NCBI GenBank assembly: GCA_965222375.1 | Contig: CBDCTZ010000015.1 | Location: 32,001-96,000 of the forward strand | Source: Polyangiaceae bacterium | GTDB lineage: Bacteria > Myxococcota_A > Polyangia > Polyangiales > Polyangiaceae | Reading direction: 5' to 3' | Length of the DNA: 64,000 nucleotides | Part shown: positions 49,317-59,370 of the stretch, piece after piece | Layout of the letters: every line of letters starts with the position of its first letter | Numbering within the stretch: the first letter of the stretch is position 1 | Made by a program: the position numbers and the translations under genes | Notes under the pieces: model-generated | Seen by the model: only the letters and a program-made list of their open reading frames with translations | Told to the model about the DNA's origin: nothing | Database searches by the model: none

Positions 49317-50389
49317 GCGCGGCTCTCCTTCTCCTTGCGCAAGGCAAGGCCCAAGGCTACCGCAAGCTGCGCGGCGGATTGCTGCACAAATGCGTGGTTG
49401 ACGTCTTTGGAGTCGACGACAATGCGCTCGAGAGGTGACCACACTTCGGTGGGGACCCGGGCGCGGCGCTCGACGGCCTGTGCCAGCGGCACGAGGTTCG
49501 CCGAACCTCCGGTGACGAAGATGCGACCGATCTCCGCTTCGCCGCTCGTCGCCATGAAAAAATCGAGGCTTCGCTGGATCTCTGCAGCAATGGCGTCGGA
49601 AACGGATTCGATGATCTGGACCACCTGGGCGGGAACCACGCCGGCGCGATAGGGATCCGCAGGATCCGAACTGCTACCACACTTGTACGCCTCAGCCTGC
49701 TCGAAGGGCACGCCGAGCTGTTTCTGGATTTCATCCGTGATGACATTGCCGCCGTTGGCGATTTCACGGGTGAAAGCACTGACCCCACCGGCAATGATGT
49801 TCAGAGATGTCAGACTGGCACCAACGTTGATCAGAGCGATGGTCTGATCCGGGGGCAGCCCCCTAGAAAACTCGAACAGGTTCTGAACCGTGAAGGCGTC
49901 GATGTCGCAAACGATGGGCTTGAGCCGCGCATCCCGAGCCAGCTGGGCGTAGTCGCTGATTTGGTCGCGCTTGGCGGCGACGAGCAATAGGTCCATCTGA
50001 CTAACCTCGGCACGCTTGCGCAGCACCTGGTAGTCGACTTGCACGTCCTTGATGTCGAAGGGAATGTGCTGTTCCGCCTCCCAATGGATCTGCTCATCCA
50101 ACTCGGCAGGGGTCATCATCGGCACCGTGATCTTGCGAATGATCACGCTTTGGCCGGAAACACTGATGGCACACTCTTTTTGGCGGATCTTGGAGTCGTG
50201 AAAGACACGCTGTATCCCTTCGACGACACTGCTGGCATCCATGACCTGGCCATCCACGATGGTCTGGGGCGGCAGAGGTGCGACTCCCAGCTTCTGCAGC
50301 ATCAAGCCCTTGCGGGTTTCCTTGAGCTGGCAGACTTTGATCGCACTCGTCCCAATATCAACGCCGACCAGGTTCTTCCCTTCGCCCAT
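49313..50389 (-). CDS. pilM: Type IV pilus assembly protein PilM
   Basis: VGVDIGTSAIKV actin-like fold, EAEQHIPF, EIQRSLDFF, VALGLALR. Confidence 0.95.
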   Translation of the reverse strand: MGEGKNLVGVDIGTSAIKVCQLKETRKGLMLQKLGVAPLPPQTIVDGQVMDASSVVEGIQRVFHDSKIRQKECAISVSGQSVIIRKITVPMMTPAELDEQIHWEAEQHIPFDIKDVQVDYQVLRKRAEVSQMDLLLVAAKRDQISDYAQLARDARLKPIVCDIDAFTVQNLFEFSRGLPPDQTIALINVGASLTSLNIIAGGVSAFTREIANGGNVITDEIQKQLGVPFEQAEAYKCGSSSDPADPYRAGVVPAQVVQIIESVSDAIAAEIQRSLDFFMATSGEAEIGRIFVTGGSANLVPLAQAVERRARVPTEVWSPLERIVVDSKDVNHAFVQQSAAQLAVALGLALRKEKESRA

Positions 50390-50762
50390 GTCGCCCTTAG
50401 CCGGCTGCTCCGCTCACCACCGGGTCACGGGGCGGCGAAACGGCTGTTTTCTTGGGAAATGTAGGTGTCATGGATTCCTTGACGAGCCTCGTGCGGGGAC
50501 TGAATCCCCAGTACACGATTTGCCACAGACAAACTTTGGCACTGTCCGTCAGAGGACGCCAAAAAAGGGGAGGCGATCTTTGTAGGTTACTCCACCTGTC
50601 GCGCACTCCGCGTCAGCGGCGCTAGCCCCACACGACAAGCCGCTCCAAACACCAGCTACCGCGCGCAGAAAGTTCACGACGCTAGTTCAATCTAAGTGAA
50701 ATCCCCGTTTTTTTTCTGATTGTGGGGAGGTGTGCGAGAGCTACAGCCCTGAGGCATTCGAT

Positions 50763-52079
50763 ATGAGGCGCTTCGGCTACGTGCTCTTGCTGGGTTTGGT
50801 GACCCTTTTGGTCGCCCCACGTGCGTTTTCTGCGCCCGAATTGAAAACCCACACGGTCTACCCCGGGCAGACCCTCGGAGGCATCGCCAAGCGCTACAAC
50901 GTCGGAATCGCAGCCCTGTGCCGCGCCAACGGAATCAAGCGCAAGAAACCTATCGTGCCCAAGCAGCGCTTGGTCATCCCTCCGACCAATGACAAGGACG
51001 GGCGCAGCACCGCCGCCCTAGCTTTGAAGCTGAAGAAAACCGCGAAGTCTTCCAAAGATGCCAAGCATGGAAACAAGGCAGCGGGGCGGAAGGCGCGCGC
51101 CTCGAGCAAGGGCGCCAAGCGGGCTGAAGCGAAGGCGAAAGCGCGAAAGAGGGCGGGGCGCGAAGCCGCAAAGTCGCACGCGAAACGAAAGGCCGCTCAG
51201 CAGGCGAAACGCCGCGCGGAAAAGGCACGCGCAAAGCGAAAGGCCGCCGAGCAGGCGAAACGCCACGCCGAGAAAGCTAGGGCCAAGCGCAAAGCGAAAA
51301 AACTCGCTCAGCGCAAGGCGAAGAAGCGCGCGGCAAAGGCACGGAAGAAGCGCAACGCCGCACGAAAGCGCAAGGCCGCGCTCCTCGCGAAGAAGAAGCG
51401 CGACGCCAAGAGAAAAGCGGCGGCCCGCAAGTCGCCGAAATACGCCAAGCGCCCAAAGCGCAAGGGGTACCTGCGGCTCAGAGGAACGGGCGCGAGTTGG
51501 AAGGGGCTGGCGATCGACCGCAAAGGTCGCGTGCGAAAGAAAGCAGAAGCGGGAGTTGCCAAAGCGTTAGCGTCGTGGCGAACGGGCAGGCGTGAGCACA
51601 TCAACCGTCGGCTGATCCGGATGCTTGTCCGGGTCAGCGATCATTTCGGCGGCCGACCGATCCGCGTGGTGAGCGGCTACCGTCCTTTCCGTCCTGGCCA
51701 GTACACGCCCCACTCACGCCACAATGAAGGGCGTGCGGTGGACTTCTTCGTCCCCGGGGTCCCCAACGAAGTCGTGCGCGACTTCTGCCGCAAGCTGCCC
51801 AACGTCGGCGTCGGGTACTACCCGAATTCGACCTTCGTTCACTTGGACGTGCGCGGGGTTCGTACTTATTGGATCGACTATTCTGGCCCGGGAGAGCCAC
51901 CGCGTTATGCCAACGGCTCCGGCAGGGACCCCGGGCGCAAGAAGCCAAAAGTCCGCCCAAAAGCGAAGGCGACACCCAAGGTCGAAGCAAAGCCTGACCC
52001 CACGCAGAGCAAGCCCGAGGACGCGCCCCCACCAAAGCGCGGCGCCCGGAAAGACAAGCCGCAGCCCAATCGAGGCTGA
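50763..52079 (+). CDS. LysM + Lys/Ala-rich linker + YcbK/DUF882 (M15) peptidase
   Basis: HTVYPGQTLGGIAKRY LysM; VSGYR, SRH..GRAVD, GVGYYP..FVHLD. Confidence 0.88.
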   Translation: MRRFGYVLLLGLVTLLVAPRAFSAPELKTHTVYPGQTLGGIAKRYNVGIAALCRANGIKRKKPIVPKQRLVIPPTNDKDGRSTAALALKLKKTAKSSKDAKHGNKAAGRKARASSKGAKRAEAKAKARKRAGREAAKSHAKRKAAQQAKRRAEKARAKRKAAEQAKRHAEKARAKRKAKKLAQRKAKKRAAKARKKRNAARKRKAALLAKKKRDAKRKAAARKSPKYAKRPKRKGYLRLRGTGASWKGLAIDRKGRVRKKAEAGVAKALASWRTGRREHINRRLIRMLVRVSDHFGGRPIRVVSGYRPFRPGQYTPHSRHNEGRAVDFFVPGVPNEVVRDFCRKLPNVGVGYYPNSTFVHLDVRGVRTYWIDYSGPGEPPRYANGSGRDPGRKKPKVRPKAKATPKVEAKPDPTQSKPEDAPPPKRGARKDKPQPNRG

Positions 52080-52085
52080 ATCGAC

Positions 52086-52424
52086 TCAGCGCCTCGTGCG
52101 TTTGCGACGAACGTTGGCGTCGGGTTCGGTACGAACGATGGCGTTGCTGGCTTGCTCGCGATAGCGCACCTGTAGTGTGAGCTTGCCCGCGGACAACAAA
52201 CCGGCGTCCGGATCGTACAGGTATCGGATCTCGCGAATCTCGCCGCGAGCCGTCGCCGCCGCCGCGTCATCGGAATCATCGAGCACCCACTCCCCTAGCC
52301 TGTCCGGCAATGGCTCCAGCTTGCCTAGGCGCTGATCCGCAAAGCCAGGAACGAAGCGCATCATCAGGCTCACATATATGGCGATGGCAACAACTGCGAG
52401 AAGGATCAAAAAGCCAACCAACAC
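52086..52424 (-). CDS. Small membrane protein
   Basis: N-terminal TM, 112 aa. Confidence 0.55.
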   Translation of the reverse strand: MLVGFLILLAVVAIAIYVSLMMRFVPGFADQRLGKLEPLPDRLGEWVLDDSDDAAAATARGEIREIRYLYDPDAGLLSAGKLTLQVRYREQASNAIVRTEPDANVRRKRTRR

Positions 52425-52449
52425 TGGCCAGACTCCCGGGATTTGGGGC

Positions 52450-53112
52450 TCAGCTACATAGGGCTTCGAGCTGCGGCCGCCAGCTGGGCGAGTCGCAGGT
52501 CAGAGCGAAAGTTGCTTGCCCGTTGGGATTGGGCCCGTGGGTGCAAACACATTGCAGCCCGCCGCCTTGAGGCGCACATTTGCCGCCCCAGTCGTCGCAC
52601 TGAATGCTGCAAAAACCGTTGGGGCCACCCCCTACACTGCAGTTGTTGCTACCGGAGATGCAGCTCGCAAACTTTGTCAGCACCGGATCGCATTCTGGAG
52701 CAACTTCGATTTCGTTGTTCCCCGGGGAGCAACTGAGCGGGCGGCCGAGCGCACAGTCGATGACGTCTTCAAACTCCTTGAAGCAGCCCTCCTTGGCGGC
52801 GACCTCGGCAGCCTGCTCCACTTCTTCTTCACAATCCGGCGGCGGACACGGCAGCTTGAGGGTCTTGTCGCAGAATGCCTTGGTCTTCTGCTCGAAGCTC
52901 AGGCCACCACCCGCGCCACCGGTGCTGGCTCCGCCGGTACTCGCACCGCCGGTGCTGACGCCTCCCGTGCCGACACCGCCGTTGCCCGCACCGCCGCTGC
53001 TGCTTCCACCGGTAGCTGTGCCTCCGCCGCTGCTCGGCGGGTCGATTGACTCGGTTTTTCCGCCGCAGCCGGCAAACACCAATAGCAACGCACTGACAAA
53101 TCTAGGGCTCAT
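52450..53112 (-). CDS. Cys-rich lipoprotein
   Basis: FAGCGGK lipobox, Gly linker, Cys-rich C-terminus. Confidence 0.72.
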   Translation of the reverse strand: MSPRFVSALLLVFAGCGGKTESIDPPSSGGGTATGGSSSGGAGNGGVGTGGVSTGGASTGGASTGGAGGGLSFEQKTKAFCDKTLKLPCPPPDCEEEVEQAAEVAAKEGCFKEFEDVIDCALGRPLSCSPGNNEIEVAPECDPVLTKFASCISGSNNCSVGGGPNGFCSIQCDDWGGKCAPQGGGLQCVCTHGPNPNGQATFALTCDSPSWRPQLEALCS

Positions 53113-53226
53113 CGAAAAGCTTGCTCCACGACAGCCCAGACGCGCGAGCTGCAGCATGCAGCTTGACACACACCGAGACAGCCTCGCAATCCGAGCGCAA
53201 AAGTCAGCCCGTGGTATCCTTCACCC

Positions 53227-54504
53227 ATGGGTCTGCGTGCACTCGTCGCGAGCGCGGTGGCTGGGATAGCACTGGCGGCGGCATGTGGTGGCGATGATTT
53301 CACAGGGGTAGGCAGCGGCGGCACCGCAGGTGACGCCGGCCCGGGCGGTAGCGCTGGGCAAGGGGGAGCTGCCGGCTCATCGGCGTGCGCTCAGGGAGCC
53401 AAGCTGTGCAACGGCGCGTGTGTCTCCCTGGACGACCCGGCGTACGGGTGTTCTCTTTCGCAATGCCAGGGATGCTCCTTGCCCCATGCTACACCGCAGT
53501 GTGAGAGCGGCGCGTGCAGCATTTTGGCATGTGCAAAAGGCTTCAAAGACTGCAGACCTGGTACGCCCGGCTGCGAAACCAACATTGGCACCGCGTCGGA
53601 TTGCGGCGACTGCGACAAGGACTGTGCGCCGGGGCAGGTTTGCCTCAACGGTGCTTGCGCGGCGGACTGCGGCTCATTGACCAAGTGCGGCAGGGAGTGC
53701 GCAGATCTGACCAGCAACCTGAGTCACTGCGGCAAATGCGACAACCCTTGCCCAGCGTCGATTCCGAACGCGACTCCCAGGTGCGAAACCGGCACGTGCG
53801 ACTTCGATTGCACGGCTGGCTTCGCGGATTGCGGACCTTCGGAAGGCTGCGAGACGGACATCAACAACGACCCGAAGCATTGCGGGGGGTGCGCAAAGCC
53901 CTGCAAGACTGGCCCAACCGACGGGGTGGGCGAAGTGTGCCTCAACGGCACGTGCGGCTGTGGGCCGGGTTTGACGGGTTGCTCCATATCGGGAGGTGGC
54001 GTCGCGTGTGTCAACACCCAGACGGACCCCACGCGCTGCGGTGACTGTAGCACAGCGTGCCTCCCGGGGGAGATGTGTGACACCAGCGTGTGCAGCATTC
54101 CCAAGTGCGCCTACGGGCTCAAGTACTGTTTCAGCAAGTGCGTGAGCACTCCATCAGATCCCAACAACTGTGGCGCCTGCGGCAACAAGTGCGACAAGAC
54201 CCAGATATGCATTGCGGGTCAGTGCAAGCCTGGCTCAAGTACGGCCTGTGGGTTGCCTTCGATGATCTGCAAGCTGTCCAGCACGAATCTGGGTGCCGGT
54301 TGCGCCATGCTCGAGTCCGACGCGCAACACTGCGGTGGATGCAACAAACCCTGCAGCCCGGGCCAAGCTTGCCTCGACGGCATGTGCAAGAAAGTCCCCT
54401 ACGCGGCCGAGAAGTGGCAATGCCCGAACATCGCCTGCCCGATTCCCCAAAACTGGCCAGTGCGCCCGGGCAACTTCTTCTGCTCGGACGTACCCTGCCC
54501 CTGA
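53227..54504 (+). CDS. Lipoprotein with multiple Stig1-like Cys-rich repeats
   Basis: AACGGDD lipobox; repeated DPxHCGxCxxxC and GCET units. Confidence 0.82.
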   Translation: MGLRALVASAVAGIALAAACGGDDFTGVGSGGTAGDAGPGGSAGQGGAAGSSACAQGAKLCNGACVSLDDPAYGCSLSQCQGCSLPHATPQCESGACSILACAKGFKDCRPGTPGCETNIGTASDCGDCDKDCAPGQVCLNGACAADCGSLTKCGRECADLTSNLSHCGKCDNPCPASIPNATPRCETGTCDFDCTAGFADCGPSEGCETDINNDPKHCGGCAKPCKTGPTDGVGEVCLNGTCGCGPGLTGCSISGGGVACVNTQTDPTRCGDCSTACLPGEMCDTSVCSIPKCAYGLKYCFSKCVSTPSDPNNCGACGNKCDKTQICIAGQCKPGSSTACGLPSMICKLSSTNLGAGCAMLESDAQHCGGCNKPCSPGQACLDGMCKKVPYAAEKWQCPNIACPIPQNWPVRPGNFFCSDVPCP

Positions 54505-54513
54505 GCGTCGAAC

Positions 54514-55710
54514 TCAACGCCCGAAGTCGTCATCCAAGCTTTCCACGTAGCTGACTACCTTGGGGATCTCGTCCGGCAAGAGCCCCCGAAGAAAGATGTG
54601 CCAGGGGTCCCGACGCACCATCGCGTCGCACACCGGCAGGTACCAGGAGCGCGTGGGATTGTCGGCGCGGGTTCGCCAGAACAATCGCTCGAAGTCGCGC
54701 GTCAGCTGCGTCCAAAGATCCCGTCCCAAGCCGTCGCCCCGAGCAGCTGGCACCACGGCAAACTTGGAGAGGTAGGGGCCATTCGGGCTTGCGCACACGA
54801 CGGCAGCCCCTCGGTAGTCCTGCTCCACGTACACCGCCAGCGGCGACGAACCGAAGAAACTCCGGTCGAGCTTTCGGACGAAGCTCTCTTCAAAGATCTG
54901 GGCCAGGCGGTCTTCATCGAGCCCCTCGAAGGAATCGTGGCGCTGGATATCGCTGCCCGGTTTGATAAGCGTTCCGGCGCCGCGCACTGTGAAGAGTTCG
55001 CGCAGCAGATCCATGGGCGACGTCACGTTGATCGTCAGCCCCGAGATCTGAGCCATCAACTCTTGCGCCAGGCTCAACAGGTGCCGATCCGCCTTGCCGA
55101 GTAACGTGCCGTGGAGCAGCTCCGCGTCTGTCTTGAGATTGACCAGCGAAAGCGTGTTGCCATCCAGCGCAAGCCGCCACTTCGTAGCGTGGGCCACGCG
55201 ACGTTCGCCTCGGAGCGCAAAGCCGCCGCGCCAACGTACGAGCACCAGCTTGCGGGTACTCAAGTCCGATGCGGTTCGCCCAAGCCAAGCCAGCCTGTCG
55301 GCAACATCTGGGGCGCTGAGCACGACCACCGGAATCGTCCCCGACTTCAAGTGGGCCGCAAGGGTGTTCGAGTCGACTAACGCAGCATCGTAGCGCGCGG
55401 CAGTGACACCGACTTGTTCCAGGCGCCGCAGCAAGCGGTCCGCGCTAGCATTCGACACCACGGGATCGAGCAGGCCCAAGGCCACGGGTGTGGCTAGGCC
55501 CAACTCCGAGAGGAAGCGGAGCTGCTCGACGAATCCAGCAAGACCTTGGCGGACAACCGCCGCCCCAGGCAGCGTGATTGCGAAGCTTTCTTTGGGTAGG
55601 TTGCGAAAAAGCTGAAGGTAGAAATCGGCTTCGCCGTGCTTCCCAGCGCTCTCCAAGAAACGAAGCACGGCCTCTGCGGCGGGCGGTGGGGGAGAGGGGG
55701 AACTGGTCAT
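54514..55710 (-). CDS. N-acetylglutamate synthase/kinase-like protein (AAK + DUF619 GNAT)
   Basis: LLRELFTVRGAGTLI, YLSKFAV..ARGDGLG..W, LFWRTRADNP..WY. Confidence 0.8.
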   Translation of the reverse strand: MTSSPSPPPPAAEAVLRFLESAGKHGEADFYLQLFRNLPKESFAITLPGAAVVRQGLAGFVEQLRFLSELGLATPVALGLLDPVVSNASADRLLRRLEQVGVTAARYDAALVDSNTLAAHLKSGTIPVVVLSAPDVADRLAWLGRTASDLSTRKLVLVRWRGGFALRGERRVAHATKWRLALDGNTLSLVNLKTDAELLHGTLLGKADRHLLSLAQELMAQISGLTINVTSPMDLLRELFTVRGAGTLIKPGSDIQRHDSFEGLDEDRLAQIFEESFVRKLDRSFFGSSPLAVYVEQDYRGAAVVCASPNGPYLSKFAVVPAARGDGLGRDLWTQLTRDFERLFWRTRADNPTRSWYLPVCDAMVRRDPWHIFLRGLLPDEIPKVVSYVESLDDDFGR

Positions 55711-55852
55711 TCGATGGCTGTTTTTTTGGCCGGCGAGGGCTAGCACCCTAATTCCATCGCTTCGACACGCAATACCTTCGTGATCCGCCGCAAATTCCCG
55801 GACTTGGGACAGGTTGCGTCGTGCCTCGCATCTTTTGTTTATCATCCCTGCC

Positions 55853-57607
55853 ATGCACGTTGGGTTGGTGACGGCTCCAGGGGTCCTTGGCCAATTCGTC
55901 TCGCGTGCCATCGAGCCAGCAGGGCACAGTCTGGCGATCGCTCCGGACTTAGACGCCCTGCTCGAGCAAAGCGAAGCCCCAGTTCAGGTGGTTCTCTTTG
56001 CGCCTGTCGTCGATGGAATGCCCGCAGCGGACGCGCTCACACGCGCTCAGAGTAGCGGCGTCGCGCCAGAACGCGCCGTGTACCTGGGCCTCGACGTGCG
56101 GAGCTGCGAAGAAGCCCGGCAGGCGGGTTTCCTCCAGGCCATCCAGCTGCCCTTTCAGGCACAGGAACTCCTTCGAGTGATCGAGTCATCGGCCGAAGGA
56201 AAGCTGACGGTTCTGTTGGTGGATGATAGCGAGCTGATTCACAAGCACACGGTTCCGCTTCTCACTGAAGCGGGCTACCGGGTCGAAGAAGCCTGGGACG
56301 GCAAGGATGCCCTCGCGCAAATAGAGGCCGCCCGCCCAGACCTGGTGTTGACGGACGTGGAAATGCCGGAAATGGACGGCTTCACCCTGTGCCAGACCCT
56401 GAAAGAGAGCGAGGCGACCGCCAGTATTCCCGTGGTGATCTGCTCATCTTTGGGGGAAACCGCCGACTTGGAGAAGGGCTTTGACGCAGGTGCGGACGAC
56501 TACCTGGTCAAGCCAGTGGTCCCCGAGGAGTTGGTCAGCCGCCTGCACGCGCTGCTTGCGACGCGCATGATCAGCGCTCGCGAACACGTCCTGGTCGTAG
56601 ACGACTCCGCCGCGGTTCGCCACCTCGTCGCGGACTGCCTACGCCGCCAGGGGTTCCGCATCGACACTGCCGTGGACGGCCAGGACGGTCTCGACAAGGC
56701 CGTTGCCGAGCCACCAGATCTCGTGCTGACCGACTACGACATGCCTCGGATGACGGGTTTTCAATTCGTCCATGCCCTGCGCCGAGACGACAGCACCAGG
56801 GATGTGCCCATCGTGATGCTGACCGCGCGGGATACGCGACGCGACCAGGCGCAGATGCGCGCTGCCGGCCTCACCAGCTACTTGGTGAAACCATTCTCGA
56901 CAGACAAGTGCATCGCCATCGTGGAGCGGGTACTGGCCGAATCCCGACTCTCTCGCTACAAAGAGGCCAGCCGCCTATACATCAGTGAGGGTGCTGTCCG
57001 CGCAGCGGAGGAGCTTTCCATGAGCGGCGTGAAAGGGGAAGTTCGCGCCAAAGAGGTCGACGCGACCCTGCTTTTCTCCGACATCTCGGGGTTTACAAGC
57101 ATGAGTTCTCGCATGAGTCCGAAGGATGTCGTGGCCATATTGAACGAAGCCTTCGACGCCCTGTGCATCGTCATCCGCGATCAGGGCGGAGACATCGACA
57201 AGTTCATCGGCGACGCAATCATGGCGGTGTTCGAGGATCGACCGGACCGCGATGAACCTCACGCACTTCGCGCGGTGCGCGCGGCTTGGGGCATGCAGCA
57301 GGCGCTAACGCGCTTCAATGCGAACCGGGAGAAGCCGCTAATCATGCGCATCGGGCTCAACGCGGGGCCAGTGGTACGGGGCGATATTGGCTCACGCTTC
57401 GTGCGCCGCGATTACACCTGCATTGGGGACGTCGTGAACCGAGCCCAGCGCCACGAGTCGAAAGCGCCGCTCGGTGGAGTCCTCATGAGCATGAGCGTGT
57501 ACGACCGAGTCAAGAAGCTGGTTCAGGCCGAAGAGATGACGGGCCTGACGTTCAAGGGAATCGACGAGCCGCAGAGCGCGTTCGTGCTACAGGGATTCAA
57601 AGAGTGA
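55853..57607 (+). CDS. Class III adenylate/guanylate cyclase with three receiver domains
   Basis: Degenerate REC plus two REC (TDVEMP, TDYDMP); FSDISGFT, DKFIGDA, GDVVNRAQR. Confidence 0.9.
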   Translation: MHVGLVTAPGVLGQFVSRAIEPAGHSLAIAPDLDALLEQSEAPVQVVLFAPVVDGMPAADALTRAQSSGVAPERAVYLGLDVRSCEEARQAGFLQAIQLPFQAQELLRVIESSAEGKLTVLLVDDSELIHKHTVPLLTEAGYRVEEAWDGKDALAQIEAARPDLVLTDVEMPEMDGFTLCQTLKESEATASIPVVICSSLGETADLEKGFDAGADDYLVKPVVPEELVSRLHALLATRMISAREHVLVVDDSAAVRHLVADCLRRQGFRIDTAVDGQDGLDKAVAEPPDLVLTDYDMPRMTGFQFVHALRRDDSTRDVPIVMLTARDTRRDQAQMRAAGLTSYLVKPFSTDKCIAIVERVLAESRLSRYKEASRLYISEGAVRAAEELSMSGVKGEVRAKEVDATLLFSDISGFTSMSSRMSPKDVVAILNEAFDALCIVIRDQGGDIDKFIGDAIMAVFEDRPDRDEPHALRAVRAAWGMQQALTRFNANREKPLIMRIGLNAGPVVRGDIGSRFVRRDYTCIGDVVNRAQRHESKAPLGGVLMSMSVYDRVKKLVQAEEMTGLTFKGIDEPQSAFVLQGFKE

Positions 57608-57609
57608 AC

Positions 57610-58206
57610 ATGAGAATACAACGGGTCAAGGGTTGTGGATGGTTTCGGTTGCGTCCGACAGCGCTGTGCGCCGTGGCGCTGGTGGGTTTGTTCGTCTACG
57701 CCAATCAAGCTGGTGCGGGTCCCTCCAAGGCCAGCCGCTACCCCTACGATCCGGTGTGTAGCTGGGGGCGTATAGCCAACGGCAAAGGAATGCTGGTGCG
57801 CTGCCTCACGAAGGCCGAGGCCAGCCGCCTCGCCAAGTCTCCGGGTGCCGCTCCATCACCGACAAGCGCGCCCACAGCCGGAGGGCCGCTGAAGGCAGAT
57901 GTGGTTCGAGTCAGCGTGGACCAAGGCAAGCTGCCCGCCGCCCAAAAGAAGCTGCGCGAAGCGAACGTTCGCTTCGCGCAATGTGTCGAAAAGGAAGGTG
58001 GTCTGTCAGGACGCCGTGCCGAAGTCCACGTGCGTTTTCTGGTACGGGCCCGGGGGCGCGCCGAAGGAGTCAGCGTTGCCAAACGCGTCGGCGTCGGCGA
58101 AGCGGCCGCGCGCTGCGTCGCACACGTGGTCGACCGCCGCTGGGTCGGATCCCCTGCAGCGCCCATCGTGGCCGGGACCGTCGTAATCCGATTGGAAAAG
58201 CGCTGA
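57610..58206 (+). CDS. Exported protein with AgmX/TonB-C-like C-terminal domain
   Basis: Signal/TM; FAQC..VHVRFLV..G..ARCV pattern. Confidence 0.55.
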   Translation: MRIQRVKGCGWFRLRPTALCAVALVGLFVYANQAGAGPSKASRYPYDPVCSWGRIANGKGMLVRCLTKAEASRLAKSPGAAPSPTSAPTAGGPLKADVVRVSVDQGKLPAAQKKLREANVRFAQCVEKEGGLSGRRAEVHVRFLVRARGRAEGVSVAKRVGVGEAAARCVAHVVDRRWVGSPAAPIVAGTVVIRLEKR

Positions 58207-58311
58207 CGGCTGGCGCGGCTCCCTGCTTCTCCGAAATCTTCTTTAATATCAAACTGTTAGGAAAAGAACTCCGCAGGCAGCGGCGCTCGCCATTCAGGGT
58301 ACAGTGCGAAC

Positions 58312-59367
58312 GTGGCCGTACGCGTTCTAGTGGTGGACGACTCCGCCTTCATGCGCGGGGCAATAACGCGCGCCCTGAGTAGTGACGAACGTTTCGACAT
58401 CGTGGGCCAAGCGGCAGACGGAACGCGCGCGGTTGAAATGGCGCTCGACTTGAAGCCGGACGTAATCACCATGGACTTCAACATGCCCGGCATGAATGGC
58501 GCGGAGGCCACCCGCGCTATCCTCGCCGAGCGCGGCCAACCCATCGTGATGCTCTCTGCGCACACGCGCGAGGGCGCAACAGCCACCATCGAGGCACTGG
58601 CCGCAGGCGCTGTGGATTTCGTCGAAAAACCAGATGGCGAAATCAGCGCAAACTTGAGTGGCATCCGCGAAGCACTCATAGAAAAGCTCTTGAACGCGGC
58701 CGGAGCAAACGTCCGCGGAGGCGCCCCTGCGTCGTTGCCCCTTTCCGAGCCTCTCTCTTCCACACGACGTGCCGCACGCGTGGCGGAGCGCGCCATGCCC
58801 GCCGGACAACGGCTGGTCGTCGTGGCGGCATCCACAGGCGGCCCCGCGGCTCTCGTCCAGTTGCTTCCGACCCTGAGGCTCGAGAAGATGGGTAGCCTGC
58901 TGATCGTGCAACACATGTCGGCGGGGTTCACGGAGGCGCTCGCAGCTCAGCTTTCGGAGCGAGCGGGCTATGCGGTAAGGGAAGCTGCAGATGGAGAAGA
59001 GCTCACGCCCGGTTCGGCCTGGGTGGCCCCCGGGGGCTGTCACTTGCTGGTGGAGAGAACCGGGCGTCTCTCGCTGTCCGACGCGGCGCCGGTACACGGC
59101 GTTCGACCCGCTGCGGACGTCACGTTCAAAAGCGCGGCTCAGGCCTACGGTGGGCGTACCGTTGGAGCCGTGCTCACGGGCATGGGCCGGGACGGCGCCA
59201 TGGGTCTTGCAGCCATCAAGTCTGCCGGGGGCAGAACCTTGGCCCAGGACAAAGCGTCATCCACGGTGTTTGGCATGCCGCGGGCAGCAGTCGAGTTGGG
59301 CGTGGTTGATGAAGTCATGCCCCTGACTCGTGTCGGCCGCGCCATCACCAAGCTAGTGACAGGCTGA
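58312..59367 (+). CDS. cheB: Chemotaxis response regulator/methylesterase CheB
   Basis: REC (VVDDSAFMR, MDFNMP); ASTGGP, VQHM, LTGMGRDG. Confidence 0.95.
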   Translation: MAVRVLVVDDSAFMRGAITRALSSDERFDIVGQAADGTRAVEMALDLKPDVITMDFNMPGMNGAEATRAILAERGQPIVMLSAHTREGATATIEALAAGAVDFVEKPDGEISANLSGIREALIEKLLNAAGANVRGGAPASLPLSEPLSSTRRAARVAERAMPAGQRLVVVAASTGGPAALVQLLPTLRLEKMGSLLIVQHMSAGFTEALAAQLSERAGYAVREAADGEELTPGSAWVAPGGCHLLVERTGRLSLSDAAPVHGVRPAADVTFKSAAQAYGGRTVGAVLTGMGRDGAMGLAAIKSAGGRTLAQDKASSTVFGMPRAAVELGVVDEVMPLTRVGRAITKLVTG

Positions 59368-59370
59368 GCT

